Position numbers and translations under genes: made by a program
In this document: positions 43,850-55,495 of the stretch, in pieces
Position numbering within the stretch: position 1 is the stretch's first letter
Layout of the letters: each line of letters opens with the position of its first letter
Notes under the pieces: generated by a model
What the model was told of the DNA's origin: nothing
What the model saw: only the letters and a program-made list of their open reading frames with translations
Database searches by the model: none
Source: Leidyana gryllorum EB-2025a
Taxonomy: Eukaryota; Protista; Apicomplexa
Assembly: GCA_048772705.1 (NCBI GenBank)
Contig: JBLWGC010000035.1
Coordinates: forward strand, 124,001-188,000
DNA: 64,000 nucleotides
Reading direction: 5' to 3'

Positions 43850-45187
43850 ATGCGATTCTTTTTGGTTGCTGCTATCGCCGCTGTGCTGGGTAGCCCAGTA
43901 CCTGACTACAATGCTCTCTTGCCGAAAGCCCAAGAGCAGTATGACTGGATGGTCAAATTCCGCCGATCGGTACATCAAGAACCGGAGATTGGATTACACA
44001 CATTCAAGACAGCTGACAAGGTGAAGGACGAGCTACGGCGCATGGGTATCTTCGCCCAAGACAACTGGTGTCGTGGCCCCGACATGGAGAAAGGAGCCGG
44101 TTTGGTGTTCGACATTGGCACTGGCGCCAGTCCCGTCGTTTTGGTTCGTGCGGATATGGATGCGTTGCCGATTGTTGAGGACAACGAACTGGAATTCAAG
44201 TCCAAGCATCATGGCGCTATGCACGCGTGTGGTCATGACGCACACACGACAATGGTACTAGGGGCAGCTCGTTTGTTGAAGAACATGGAGAAGGAGATTC
44301 CAGGTACTGTCCGATTCATGTTCCAGCCTGGTGAAGAAGGCTATCGCGGAGCGTTGTACATGATCAACGAGGGTGTTTTGACTATGGAGCCCCCCGTTGA
44401 GCGCGCGCTGGCTCTCCACGTGGTGCCTCTTCTTCCCACGGGTATCATTGAGACGGGTGTCAAGACCGTACTGGCGGGTGGAACGGATTTCGATATCCAC
44501 ATCACCGGGTTGGGGGGCCACGCTGGAGCTCCCGGCAAAACTCGTGATCCCATCGTCGCTGGTGCAGCTTTGGTACAAGGCTTCCAGTCAATTGTGTCCC
44601 GCGAAACCCTTGGGTTGAGCGCCCGCAAGGTTGGACTGATCTCTACCACTCTGTTCCAGGCTGGTACCACTCACAATGTCATCCCAGGCACTGTTCGCAT
44701 TGCGGGTACAGCTCGGGCCGTGCATCCGGAGACTCTCAAAAGGCTCTTCCAGAGGATGGAGGATATGACAGAGGCGATTGCTAAGGCGTACAATGTCGAT
44801 ATTGAATTAAAATGGGTCAATGAGCCTCTGCCTCCTCTTAACATCAGCCCTGTTGTTCGTGAAGAGATGCAAAACATTGTCGATCAGGCAACTGCCTTCC
44901 CCTTCAAGTACCCGGAGGGAGAGTACTCCTACGGAATGGAAGACTTTGCCTTCATTTCTGACCGCGTTCCCACTGCGATGTACGCCATAGGCACTGGCAG
45001 TGGCCGTTCAACAAAGAACTCGCCCCCCACAAACGCTAACGTCCATGACCCCAAGTTTGTCCTTGATGAATCCATCCTTCCCCAAGGTTCAGCGTTTCTT
45101 GCAAGCGGTGCGCTTAACCTTCTTGATAAGCTCAATGCCGCGGCTGCTAAAGAAGCCGAGAAAGGCCCCACCAAGATTGAACTTTGA
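43850..45187 (+). CDS. M20D-family amidohydrolase (ILR1/hippurate hydrolase type) with signal peptide and KIEL C-terminus
   Basis: RRSVHQEPE, RADMDALP, MHACGHDAH, FQPGEEG, GLGGH, EDF and H.P.F motifs. Intronless. MRFFLVAAIAAVLG signal peptide. Confidence 0.92.
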   Translation: MRFFLVAAIAAVLGSPVPDYNALLPKAQEQYDWMVKFRRSVHQEPEIGLHTFKTADKVKDELRRMGIFAQDNWCRGPDMEKGAGLVFDIGTGASPVVLVRADMDALPIVEDNELEFKSKHHGAMHACGHDAHTTMVLGAARLLKNMEKEIPGTVRFMFQPGEEGYRGALYMINEGVLTMEPPVERALALHVVPLLPTGIIETGVKTVLAGGTDFDIHITGLGGHAGAPGKTRDPIVAGAALVQGFQSIVSRETLGLSARKVGLISTTLFQAGTTHNVIPGTVRIAGTARAVHPETLKRLFQRMEDMTEAIAKAYNVDIELKWVNEPLPPLNISPVVREEMQNIVDQATAFPFKYPEGEYSYGMEDFAFISDRVPTAMYAIGTGSGRSTKNSPPTNANVHDPKFVLDESILPQGSAFLASGALNLLDKLNAAAAKEAEKGPTKIEL

Positions 45188-45285
45188 TTGACTAAGTGAT
45201 TAGACACACCCACAATTCATAGCCCTTCTTCCAAACAGACAGTTTTGCCCTACATAAAACCAAGCTTTGTTCAGTAATTTGATAC

Positions 45286-48200
45286 ATGTTAAACGTCCCA
45301 GCTGCCGCATACAGCTCCCCCAGACTGAAATCCCCCACGGAACGACCCACCACCTTGAGCGAACATGTACGAGATGTCCTTCAGAACCTCGAAGTAGTAC
45401 GCGATGCTGCATCCAAGTTCGCTGCTGGTGTAGCAACACCGACCAATGATGAGATCCTCAACACCACTGTTCGGGCACTGCTCTATCGGATCCCCAAAGT
45501 GCAAGAATTCCTACTATCTCTACTTGGGGATACCGATTCAGTGCCCTCAGACAAAGAAGCAGAACCGACAACTCCTCCTCGACCGACACCCACAATGAAC
45601 CCTGCACTTCTCAACGATATACGATCCTCCTCTAAAGCAACTGCAGCTGGCGGTACTACCACCAATACAAATGCCAACGCGATGAACGCAAGCATTTCTT
45701 CAGGAACATCTGCAACCGCAAGTGCACCTGTTGTAGCAACATCCGCAGGGATGCCACCAGGAAGTGTGTCCACCACAAGAGGTCCCATTGTCAAGAAACC
45801 GCCACCCCAGCCTCCTAGCAAAAAGGCTCCTCCACTTGTGGCCAAGAAGCCCCCACCTATTCTCAAGAAGCCGCCCCCCGGCAAGAAGCCTCCCCCTTCA
45901 GCAAAGAAACCGCCTCCAACTCAAGGTTTCGTTGTTAAACCTGAACCGTCAGGTATGAATGCAATTCTGTCCACCCACACGCGTGTGTGCTTCCTCAGAA
46001 CCCTCCCCTATCGATGCTGATTTGGCACCGGAGGTCCAGCCCGCTAAGAAACTGGTGCCGAAGCCAATTCAATGGCAGGGATTGCCACGTGAAAAGGTGA
46101 TTCCTCAGCGAATTTGAATGCGGCACTTGTTGTTAATTCATTGCATCCAGACCAAAGGCACGATCTGGGAAGATTTGTTGAAGAAAGATCGTCAATTGTT
46201 GCCAGTTAAGGATTGGCAGAAACGAAGCGCCCGGGTTGGTCGGTCCCCTGATGCAGCCAAGGGCGTACCGCCACCACTGCAGCTGCCTTTGGCAGAGGCG
46301 AATTCTGATGCTAGCACCCAGGAAACGGATGTAGGTGCGGGTGGGTCGACGGAGTTCAAGTTCGAAGTGGAATTTGAGGTGAGAGTGTACGGGGTTCGGC
46401 AGCTATGAGCGATCAGAAACTGGACAAGTTATTCTTTGAGGATGAGGAAGTGAAGAAGCAGGCGGCGCAGAAGCGAGCTAGTTTGGCCGAAGCGGCGGCT
46501 GCGGCGGCGAAGAAGAGAGTTTACTCGGTGTTGGATGAGAAGCGGACACGAAATGTTGAGATCTCATTGAAAGGTTTGGGTTTGCGGGACGACTTTGATC
46601 GGATCAGTAACGCGATCAACAACCTCCAATTCGGTGCCGAAGGAGAGGAAGATGACAGTTACCGCCACAAGACAAATGCGAGTGACACGAATGGATCTCG
46701 GCGGCGGCCACTGCGTCCTGAGGACTTGTCACTTTTGTTGGGTTTGTATCCCAAGGAGGAGGATGAGATTCGGAAGTTGCGAAAGTTGGAGAAGGATCCT
46801 CCGGCTGACCAGAAGATCGCGACAGCTGATCGGTTTCTGCTGACATTGTTGAACATTCCTCGCTTCAAGGAGAGGGTGGAAGCCGTGTTGAGTCGTCTGA
46901 CATTCAAGAATGACATTGCTGTGGCATTAGAGAAGGCGACCAAGCTATTTACAATTTGTGATATTGCCTCACAGTCGGTTCGGAGTGGGACACTCAAGGC
47001 TGTGTTGGCTCTAATACTGAAAATGGGAAATTATGTGAATTGTTCGAGCAAGAAGCCGGTGGTTGCCGGTTTGCAGGTGAATGCTTTAGAGTCTCTCAAA
47101 GGTATAAAAAGTGTTGATGGTTCCAAGACGTTCCTGCGCATTGCCGCGGAGCACATTGACGAACAATATAAAGGCGCTTGGGCACAGCTCGAATGGCTGG
47201 AGCGGTGTGGAGAAGCAGCAGACATCAATGTTGACGATCTTTATCAGTTAGCGCGCGGATTACAGAAGAAATTGGATGATATTGGTAACGAATTGACCCA
47301 TGCGCGCGAACATGAAGACACCAAGTTCATCGAAGTATTCGAACCTTTCTTCAAAGAGGCCTGTACCAAACTCAGCGAACTCAAGAATCGATTGGATGAG
47401 GCCAAAGCCAAACTACTCTTAGTAGCTAGTGCCTTCGCGGATAAGGCAAAGGTAAGTGATCAATCGATCACTACGGTGCTTCTACGACTCTGCCACATTC
47501 TCGCAGACACCCAAAGAAGCGCAGGAGATTATGCGCAAGTTGGATCAGTTTGGGAAAGATTTAGGAAAGGCCCGCCGAGAGGTTGAGGCTGAAAAGGTCG
47601 CCATTGAACGACGCCGGGCTCATCAGGAACGGACACCATTGGCTCAACGACCATCGCGAGTAGTCTCGCGGATTCGCCGGCCAACTCCATGTTCGCCCAA
47701 ATTGAGTTCAGTTTTATCATCACCACATCAAGAATCTACGATGGCCGCCGCCGCTGCTGCTGCTACAACAACTACTAACCAGCACGGCAATGGCAATGGC
47801 AATGGTAGCACCACGCCGTTTGCCGTGCCGCTACACCATCACCGCAGCCTGGTGCAACCATCACATCAACAAGTTGAATCACCTCCACAACCTCTGAAGC
47901 GCGGGTTATCGGCCGTCGAGAGCACTCTGGTACCAAAGGTGAGCTCAACACATATGAGAATCTGATCACACCTCGCAGGGGGCAGCGTCGCAGAGTCGAG
48001 CTTCGATCTCAAGACCGCCAGTGGAGAAACACAGGATGAATACCTCGATGGCAGTCGGACACACACCGTCTCCATTGGGGATCGGAGGACTGCCATCCGT
48101 CACGGAGAAGCGACGTAAAGAGTCTTCACAACAAGAACTGCCTGTGGACACCGCCCGAAATTCCTTGGCCAAACACAAGAAGACACGCAGTCATACACTC

Positions 48201-48955
48201 CATAAGAGCGTCAAATCGGTGCACGAATCAATGGGGAGCTCCCCCGGGCCAGTGTAAGTACCAATAACCATCGCACTGCCACTCCGTTCCCCTTTGATTC
48301 TTGTGTTGTCAAGCCTATGCTTCCCCACTTTATACTTTGACTGACTGACTGATCTGATGATAACAATACAATATCCACGGCTATTTCCTACAGACCATTG
48401 TTGCCGCGGCGAACAGTAAAAATGTCGACACCTGGGAGTTCTGAGCGTTATTCTTTGCGTGAGTTCAGTTTGGGTCGTCCGCCCGCGGCATCTGGATATG
48501 AGACTGGTATGCGGTATACGGAATCGGATTCGGGCGACTCGCTGGGACATTTATACCAAAGTAACCGGGAGGCCCGTTATGCGGCTGCGTATGTGCCGAC
48601 GGCATCGTCTGAAGCAGCGTATGTTTCTGTAGCGGCTGCGGGTGAGCCGTTGAGTGCGCGTGTGATGGCGCCGCCTCCGAACAGTGACTATGAGCGCCGT
48701 CTGTCATTGACCGCCGGTCAGCGTTACAGTCCGGCGCGATGGTTGGGTGGTGACGACCCCACTGGGAGTACCTATAGTAGTCGGCACTCCCCGCCAGTGC
48801 GGTATATGGGGCACACCACAATGTCGGAAGCAGCCGCGCAACCTGCACCACGTCACAGTGTAACGCCTCAACGATGGCCACACGATGGGTTTGCTCCGGA
48901 TATGCACTTTTATGATCGTCAGCTACGCTACGAACACCCCCGCCGCCGCAATTAG
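45286..48955 (+). CDS. Formin (FH1-FH2) with long disordered C-terminal extension
   Basis: Lys/Pro-rich FH1 (KKPPP repeats). FH2 motifs KPIQW, GTIWE, RNVEISLKG, LKMGNYVN, L..LKGIKS. Phase-compatible introns extend the frame to TAG 48955. Confidence 0.88.
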
Positions 48956-48976
48956 CTAGAGTCAATCAAAAAATCA

Positions 48977-50413
48977 ATGGGGCCCCTTTCCACTGTCACA
49001 CCCCTCACTCCCTTCATACACTCCCCCCGCGCTTCAGCTGACTTTTCATACACCGGAATGCAACAATTTCAGCATTCAAACGGTCGACTCGATGATATCA
49101 GACAGTCAATACCCCCCTCAGTCCGGGCCCTCCTCCCCAACATCACATTCATAACCCGTCACCCCTTCAATGTCCTCAACACGCGCTCGGCCTTCGCTCC
49201 TTATATACCGAGACCACCCCTCGACAAACCCGACAACGTATATCTACGAATCGGACCCCCCAATATACCTCGAACGTACATCCAGACGGCACCTCTCAAT
49301 GCTCCCACTACAGACTCCAAAGACCCGTCCTTACTACAAGTCTACGCCTTACCAACGCCACAATTCTCTGGCTTGACATCCTGTGCCAAAGACGTAAGTC
49401 ACTTCGACACTCATCATAATCATTCACCTTCAAAAGCTCTGGAAACGTCAAGGACTCTGGGGGTTCTACCGGGGCGCTCTCAGCACTCATCTGGTTGAGG
49501 TCTTCCAGTAAGACTACTACTTCTCTCGCCTCCCCAGGCAACTCATCCACTTGGTTCTGTCTCTCAGTGCGCATTTACACCAGCAATGCGAAGAAGGGCT
49601 CAAACCAATGGCAGATCTCATTCTGCGAGCTACCGCCACAGCCGATGAGGAAGTAGATGAACAAGTTCCCCAATCTCCACCCCCCATACCCAAACAGATT
49701 CGAGCTTATTGGCGCCATGAGCTGCCTAAATTAGTACAACGTTCCGTCGCCCACCTCGTTTCCCTCTCTGTGACGTATCCCCTGTCCACGGTTTGCCTCA
49801 GACAGATCGTGTATGAACCTGCCGATGATGTTCGCGTTGGTAAGCTGCACATTTCATCCTCACACTCACAACGTCACCAAAGGCTTCTTGGACATGACCC
49901 GACTCACCATCCTACACGACGGCTCAGAGTCATTATATCGCGGATTCTGGCACACTGCTTGTGCTCGCATACTCGCAACCTGGATAACTGGAGCTGTAAG
50001 TACTACTTCAATAGGATACCTCAACACATTGCTGCAGGTCAACTGCCTCGCATTCATCAAAAAGTGGCCCTTCCTTGAAGATCAGTCACAAGGTATGCCT
50101 CTCTCAATGACTATTAACACTTCTTCAGATGTTGCTGAATGTCTTGTCGGATGGCTCATCAACTACGCTCGCTTCCAAAGAGCTGTTTCCAATATACCCG
50201 GACTCCCCACTACGGCACCCTCTCTCCCAGAGTGCTTCCGCATCTGGTTGTCCCCCGCCACACTCGTCGATATCATGCTCAACAGCGCAGTCCTGGGCCT
50301 CAAAGCTGCAACGACCCAAAGTTAATGTCACTTACGCGTGACACATGATACGGTACGGTCGGCATCATACTACAGTCTGCGCAACATACGATACTGAGGG
50401 TCCTCCCAGCTGA
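48977..50413 (+). CDS. Divergent mitochondrial carrier-like (SLC25A46/MTCH-like) protein
   Basis: TYPLSTVCLRQ and GFLDMTRLTILHDGSESLYRGFW resemble one solute-carrier repeat. The exon model and both ends are uncertain. Confidence 0.5.
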
Positions 50414-50538
50414 TACAGTTTCAAGGAGCAGTATTGTCAAAGACAGTTTTGTGCCAAGCGCCGACGAAAATGACATACGCGTAAAAGCCAAAACAGGGAT
50501 CAGAGGAACCAATACCGAGCTTCAAAACACGATCTTCC

Positions 50539-52359
50539 TCAATAGATGCCATGCTGTTTGGATGGAGGAGGGCGTTGTTGCCAGCATCCTTTCCCGACGC
50601 AACGAGCAGTGATGGTTCCAACTGGTTCTGCCACCTTCTCCAGAATGCACAAGTTCCTCTCGCGATCAAGATCCAAACCAGGCGGGCAACGAACTCTCGG
50701 TTGGTGATAAGAGACACATGTCTCACCCATCCTGTGACCGTTCTCCGGACAGAACAATTCAATCGGCTCCAGATACTCCAGTTTGCACTGCTCGCCAACC
50801 AACTGTCCTTCGTTGCAGAACCACACAGGCGGAGAGGTGAGAGTCTCGAAGCAATTCTGCGCTGATCGCCCTTTCGTTGAACAAACTTGAGTTGGAGGGA
50901 ATGTGTGAGTCGTGACACAGTGAGTTCTAGTCTCCGTATAGCCTGGAGGACAGTACTCCTCGCTGTAGCCGGGGGCGAAGTTTCTGCGACGGCAAATGTT
51001 GGGCTGCATCGGCGGGGGAGGGGGTGGCGGAGGTGGGGGGGGAGCGACTGGTGCGGGGATGATCGCGCCTCCTTTCTTTCCGTGGTGACCCCCTGATCCT
51101 GTGTTGACACCTGGGTAGACTACAACGTTCCGTTTCAATGACCTGCTCCAACTGTTCGGCCAGCCATTGTAAGCGCCTGGTAGGTTCTGCTGCTGAGGGA
51201 AGCCCTGGTTTCCGAAATTCTGTTGAGGCATAGCTGGAGGCTGCTGAGCTTGCTGATAGGGAGTAGGTTGGATCGGACGCGGCGGATAGGGAGGTTGTTG
51301 AGGGCCATTCTGCTGAGGTGGGTACTGTGGTCCGTTTTGAGGGGGGAACTGGGGACCATTCTGCTGGGGTGGGAACTGGGGGCCATTCTGCGGGGGCGGG
51401 AACGAGGGTGGATAGGGTGAGTTGTTCTGTGGAGGATAAGGGGGGGGAGGGGCGGGTGGATAACCACCGTACTGAGGTTGTTCCTTGCCTGCGTATTGCG
51501 GCGGAGGAGGTGGAGGGGGGGGACCGTAGTTGTGAGGGTAACTGGGTTGGAAAGGGGTCATTGGTGGTTGGAACGGAGCAAATTCTGCAGGATGGTGAGC
51601 ACCGAAATGAAGAGGGGGACCCATTGCCATAGGAGCCGGACCCATAAGCGGGCCTCCCATAGCTGCCATCATATGAGCCACAGCCTTTCCATCATGCATT
51701 GCTGGCAATGCAGCCACTGTTTGGACCGGGCCTGCGCACTCGTAAGTCAACGACTGTTCGCAGCCTTGCCCCATGTCGACATACCCAGGTGGACAAACGT
51801 GTTTGATCAACTTGGGCTGCTGTTCAACAAGCTGGCATTGTCCAGAGGCATCAAGAGCTCCCTGTTCACACACCGGGATCACAGGTAGCACCACCGTTTG
51901 GACACATCCGGTGACGCCATCGTCGTGGAAGCCTTCGGGACAGGTCCAGTGAGCGTCGATGAAATCATATTCCGCACATTCATCTTCGCTGACTTGCGTT
52001 GTGCCTAGCCGGCACTCCTTCCTGACGTCCACGTACTCTATGCAGCGCTCGCCGACAAGTTCTCCGATATCGCACAGGAAATCGGGCTGTGCCGTAACTA
52101 GCTGTTTGCACTCCTTGCCCACCAACTTGAATCCGACAGGGCAATCTATGGACATCTGTTTGTCCCCAAAACCCGTTGGAATTCCATAGTTAGGAGCGTA
52201 ATCATAACCGTAGTTGTAGTTTGGCTCGTAATCTGCTTCAACATAGGGAATGGTGGGGATATCAGCCGGATATAATTCAGGCCCTGGGGGAGCCCAATCT
52301 CCGGGGTAAGGCCCAGCAGCCGTAAGAGATATGACTGCTGCAAGCACAAGCGGACGCAT
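50539..52359 (-). CDS. Oocyst wall protein (COWP/OWP family)
   Basis: Signal peptide MRPLVLAAVISLTAA from ATG 52359. Repeated CPxG(F/Y)...C units with Cys every 10-12 aa. Central Pro/Gln-rich insert. Intronless. Confidence 0.85.
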   Translation of the reverse strand: MRPLVLAAVISLTAAGPYPGDWAPPGPELYPADIPTIPYVEADYEPNYNYGYDYAPNYGIPTGFGDKQMSIDCPVGFKLVGKECKQLVTAQPDFLCDIGELVGERCIEYVDVRKECRLGTTQVSEDECAEYDFIDAHWTCPEGFHDDGVTGCVQTVVLPVIPVCEQGALDASGQCQLVEQQPKLIKHVCPPGYVDMGQGCEQSLTYECAGPVQTVAALPAMHDGKAVAHMMAAMGGPLMGPAPMAMGPPLHFGAHHPAEFAPFQPPMTPFQPSYPHNYGPPPPPPPPQYAGKEQPQYGGYPPAPPPPYPPQNNSPYPPSFPPPQNGPQFPPQQNGPQFPPQNGPQYPPQQNGPQQPPYPPRPIQPTPYQQAQQPPAMPQQNFGNQGFPQQQNLPGAYNGWPNSWSRSLKRNVVVYPGVNTGSGGHHGKKGGAIIPAPVAPPPPPPPPPPPMQPNICRRRNFAPGYSEEYCPPGYTETRTHCVTTHTFPPTQVCSTKGRSAQNCFETLTSPPVWFCNEGQLVGEQCKLEYLEPIELFCPENGHRMGETCVSYHQPRVRCPPGLDLDRERNLCILEKVAEPVGTITARCVGKGCWQQRPPPSKQHGIY

Positions 52360-52587
52360 GATAAAGCGATGGATGAGCAGTGAACAGCAATAGGGTACAA
52401 CACAGAGTTGTAAGTCTTTCACTTAACCTTGAACTTTCGCCGGAAGGGCGTGTGCAAACACAATTGACAGGAGACACGCGTGTCATCAGTAACCATACTG
52501 CCACTCTAGAGTGATTAGCTTCGAGTTGGCAACGTTGAGCTGCTGTTGTTGCGTAAGATTGAACGGCGAGTTTTTTTGAGGTCAGAA

Positions 52588-53744
52588 ATGGGAGCTTTGG
52601 ACTTCAACAAGGCCGGTAAAGGAAGGAAGTCGAAAGAAGCATATGTTGGGCATAAGCCACGTGGGTCGGGCACGTCCAAGCCGAAGAAGGACACAGAAGT
52701 GAAAGACGTAGGCAGAAATTGCATTTCATTATTTTTACGTCCTCGCAGCGTCGACAGGCGGTACTGAAAGACTATAAGTCTGAAGGGAAAGTCAATACCG
52801 GCTCGGTCGCCAGCTCAATATATGACGATTCAGTATCTGCCCGTCAGAAACGATTGCGGACTGTTCGTAAACGCCAGCTCAAAAAAGGAAGCTTCAATCT
52901 CAATGATGACTCAGACGAGGACAGCGAAGAGGAAGTGACTGTGACACGAAAAGGAGTCAACGTGAACGAGCTGGATGAAGGGGATCTGGAGAATGACGAC
53001 TTCGAAGTTGATGACGACTTGATCGGATCTAGTGATGAGGAGGAGGGTAAGTGCATCATTTGACTTTTATGCAATGCGTTTGCAGTCAAGCAAATGAGTG
53101 CGGAGGCCACCGCTATGCACTTTGGTGGAGGCAAACGGGCCAAGTCCGGGGGTGATTCGGAGAACGAAGAGGAGCCCGCAACGAAGAAGAGCCGCCGTGA
53201 GATATACAATGAGCTTCTGAAGAAGGCTAAGGCGGCTAAAGGCGAACGTGCTCGGGACAAGGCGATGCAGGATGCATTGAAACAGGATCTCGATGAACAA
53301 TGGAGGGAGGCTCGAAAGGAGCTGAGCTATCGTCCAACGAAAGATACTCCCGAAGGAGCAGCTTTGGCGAAGCAGTTGGAGGACGAAGAAGCACTGATAG
53401 ATACACGCACCTTGAAAGAGCGAAAGACCGACAACGAATTCGAAGCGTTGCTGCAGGGTATGAAGACCGCGCCACACGGCGTTGCCACAAGTCGTATCAA
53501 GACTGAGGCGGAAATTGCATTGGAGAAGAAATCGAGATTAGAAGCCCTTGAAAAGGAGCGCTTACGTCGTCTGAAGCAGGCAGAAGCAGAGGCGAAAGCT
53601 CAAGGCAAGGAGGAAAGCAGTAGTGAGAGTGATAGCGATAGCGACAGTGGGGACGAGGAGGGCAGTAATGAGGGTTCCGACTCGGAAGGTGTCGTAGCTG
53701 GGTCGGAGGATGCTGAAAGTTCTTCGGAAGCCGAGTCCGAATAG
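52588..53744 (+). CDS. NOP14: NOP14 N-terminal part only (about 358 aa)
   Basis: KKGSFNLNDD, MHFGGG, KKSRREIYNELLKKAKAAKGERA and SRIKTEAEIALEKKSRLEALEKERLRR are typical NOP14 blocks. Introns 52708-52748 and 53047-53085. Confidence 0.8.
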
Positions 53745-53809
53745 TAGCTATCATTCGCATGGTTAACATATGCTTTTGAGGTGTATATTAGTGAGAAAGC
53801 TGCCCAGCG

Positions 53810-54313
53810 CTACGTTGGCGTCACTGCTTGCTGCTCTTGAGCCTTGCGTCTAAGATAGGCTTCGTAGAAGAGCTGGGAGGGAGGTGGTTGTCCGTTGGAG
53901 TAGGCTGAGGAAGAGGTATCATCATCATCCATTGGAACGATGTCTTCTTGGATCTGTTTCATCATCTCGGGTATGCGTGATTGTGGTGAGGGTTGGTGGG
54001 TGCGTCGACGGCGCCTTCGTCGACTACTGGGTGTAGTCATCTCCTCTCCTAGTGAATTGCAACAGTTGTCTGGTGCTTCGACACCTTGCTTGCAAGCTGC
54101 GAACACCCCTCCATCCAATTGGGCCACGAAGATGGCCATTCTGTCCCTCAAATGTCCGTAGAGGTCCACACCTGCTTTGAACAGCAAATCACATTGGGTT
54201 TGGAAGCGATTGGGAGCGCCCGCATCGGTACTGGCCGTACTGCAGCACGTGCTCAATATCTCTTCTTCGTCCTCCAAGGCAAATCGGACAGTCTGTGGGG
54301 CTGAGCGTTTCAT
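53810..54313 (-). CDS. Hypothetical protein with poly-Arg (NLS-like) stretch
   Basis: 167-aa ATG ORF containing SSRRRRRRR. Confidence 0.55.
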   Translation of the reverse strand: MKRSAPQTVRFALEDEEEILSTCCSTASTDAGAPNRFQTQCDLLFKAGVDLYGHLRDRMAIFVAQLDGGVFAACKQGVEAPDNCCNSLGEEMTTPSSRRRRRRRTHQPSPQSRIPEMMKQIQEDIVPMDDDDTSSSAYSNGQPPPSQLFYEAYLRRKAQEQQAVTPT

Positions 54314-54332
54314 GGCTAAAAACTACGATATA

Positions 54333-55378
54333 ATGCGTACGAACCCCCTCCCACTCGAAAGGTTAGAACTCTGCGTGGCGTAATAACATAGTGAACCGTA
54401 GGGGGTACGACGCAGTGTCGCGGTCCTCCGCATCACTTGACAGCGAAGCACGACGGGCACCCACTGGTCGGCCCTGGACCGCTCCGCTGGGCGCCTTCGA
54501 ATCTCCGGAGGAGGGACAACCGATTGTTCCTTCCTCACGTGACTCATTCGCAGAATCGGATGCGGAAGAACAAGACCAGCCTATACGCCGGGCGTGGCCA
54601 ACTTGGAATCAGCTACTCCGATGTTGGGAACCCGAAAGTAAAGTAGCTTGGCGAACGGCTCTCGCCATGCTGCATACACACGCTCTCGCCTCTGTATCAT
54701 TGAAACGAGCTCTTATCTACGTGAACATCTCGGCCGTCATTCTACAAGCCGTAACTATAGCTATTGAGTTCTTTGCCTTGTACCTGGTACATGAGGAATC
54801 TACTTCCTGCTTCGACATCCTCTCGTTCTTACCCCCGAATTGGCCTCATTCCACTATCTGCTTAGCCAGTTTCTACCTGGTCACCCTCGCTATATCCTCT
54901 GCCATCTTGTTTCTCGAATTGGTGTGGTGGTGCTTTATGTTCTATGCCGGTACTCTGTCGAATGCTGGAGGTGGCGGGGGATCGGAAGACTCACTGTCCG
55001 GAGTACGCTCAGCAATGCCACCTGGTAGGCTGTTGATCTCAGCTCTTCTGGAAATCATCGCGTCTTTGGACTTCTGGATTCTCGTTTTCGCGTTGTCTTC
55101 CCTGGTTAAACATGGACTCAACTGCCACGGTGAGTGCTTCTCTGCTTCTAGATTTGTGCCACTCACGCCACGCAGTGGAAGAAGTACCCATTGATATCAC
55201 CTTTGTCGGCCGGCACATCATGCTGAGTGTGGCCTACCTGGTGATATTCTGCAAATACTGGTTCCGGGGCCGCAGTGAGCTCGAAACGGCTCTAGACTAC
55301 AATGATTCCGCCATCATATTCGGCAATGACGAGTATGAGGGTCGGGCATACTACTGGAATTATCAGGAAGCCCCCTGA
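54333..55378 (+). CDS. Multi-pass membrane protein, about 4 TM
   Basis: Intron 54362-54401 supplies an ATG exon. Hydrophobic helices follow, with a further intron near 55130-55175. Confidence 0.6.
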
Positions 55379-55495
55379 ACAGCTAGGAGCACACACGTGT
55401 GCAAGGCATTATTTTTCTTGCGAGTGTCTTCTTGTCTCCCGCCTGTGCGTTCACTTTGGAGAACTTTCGCCATTTTGACACAACCGCTTTTGATC

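Noticed and set aside
50376-50612. Carrier-like gene extending antisense into the oocyst wall gene (CHAVWMEEGV frame)
   Set aside because: The only plausible donor (50321) is phase 1 and leads to a stop at 50413, not to that frame.
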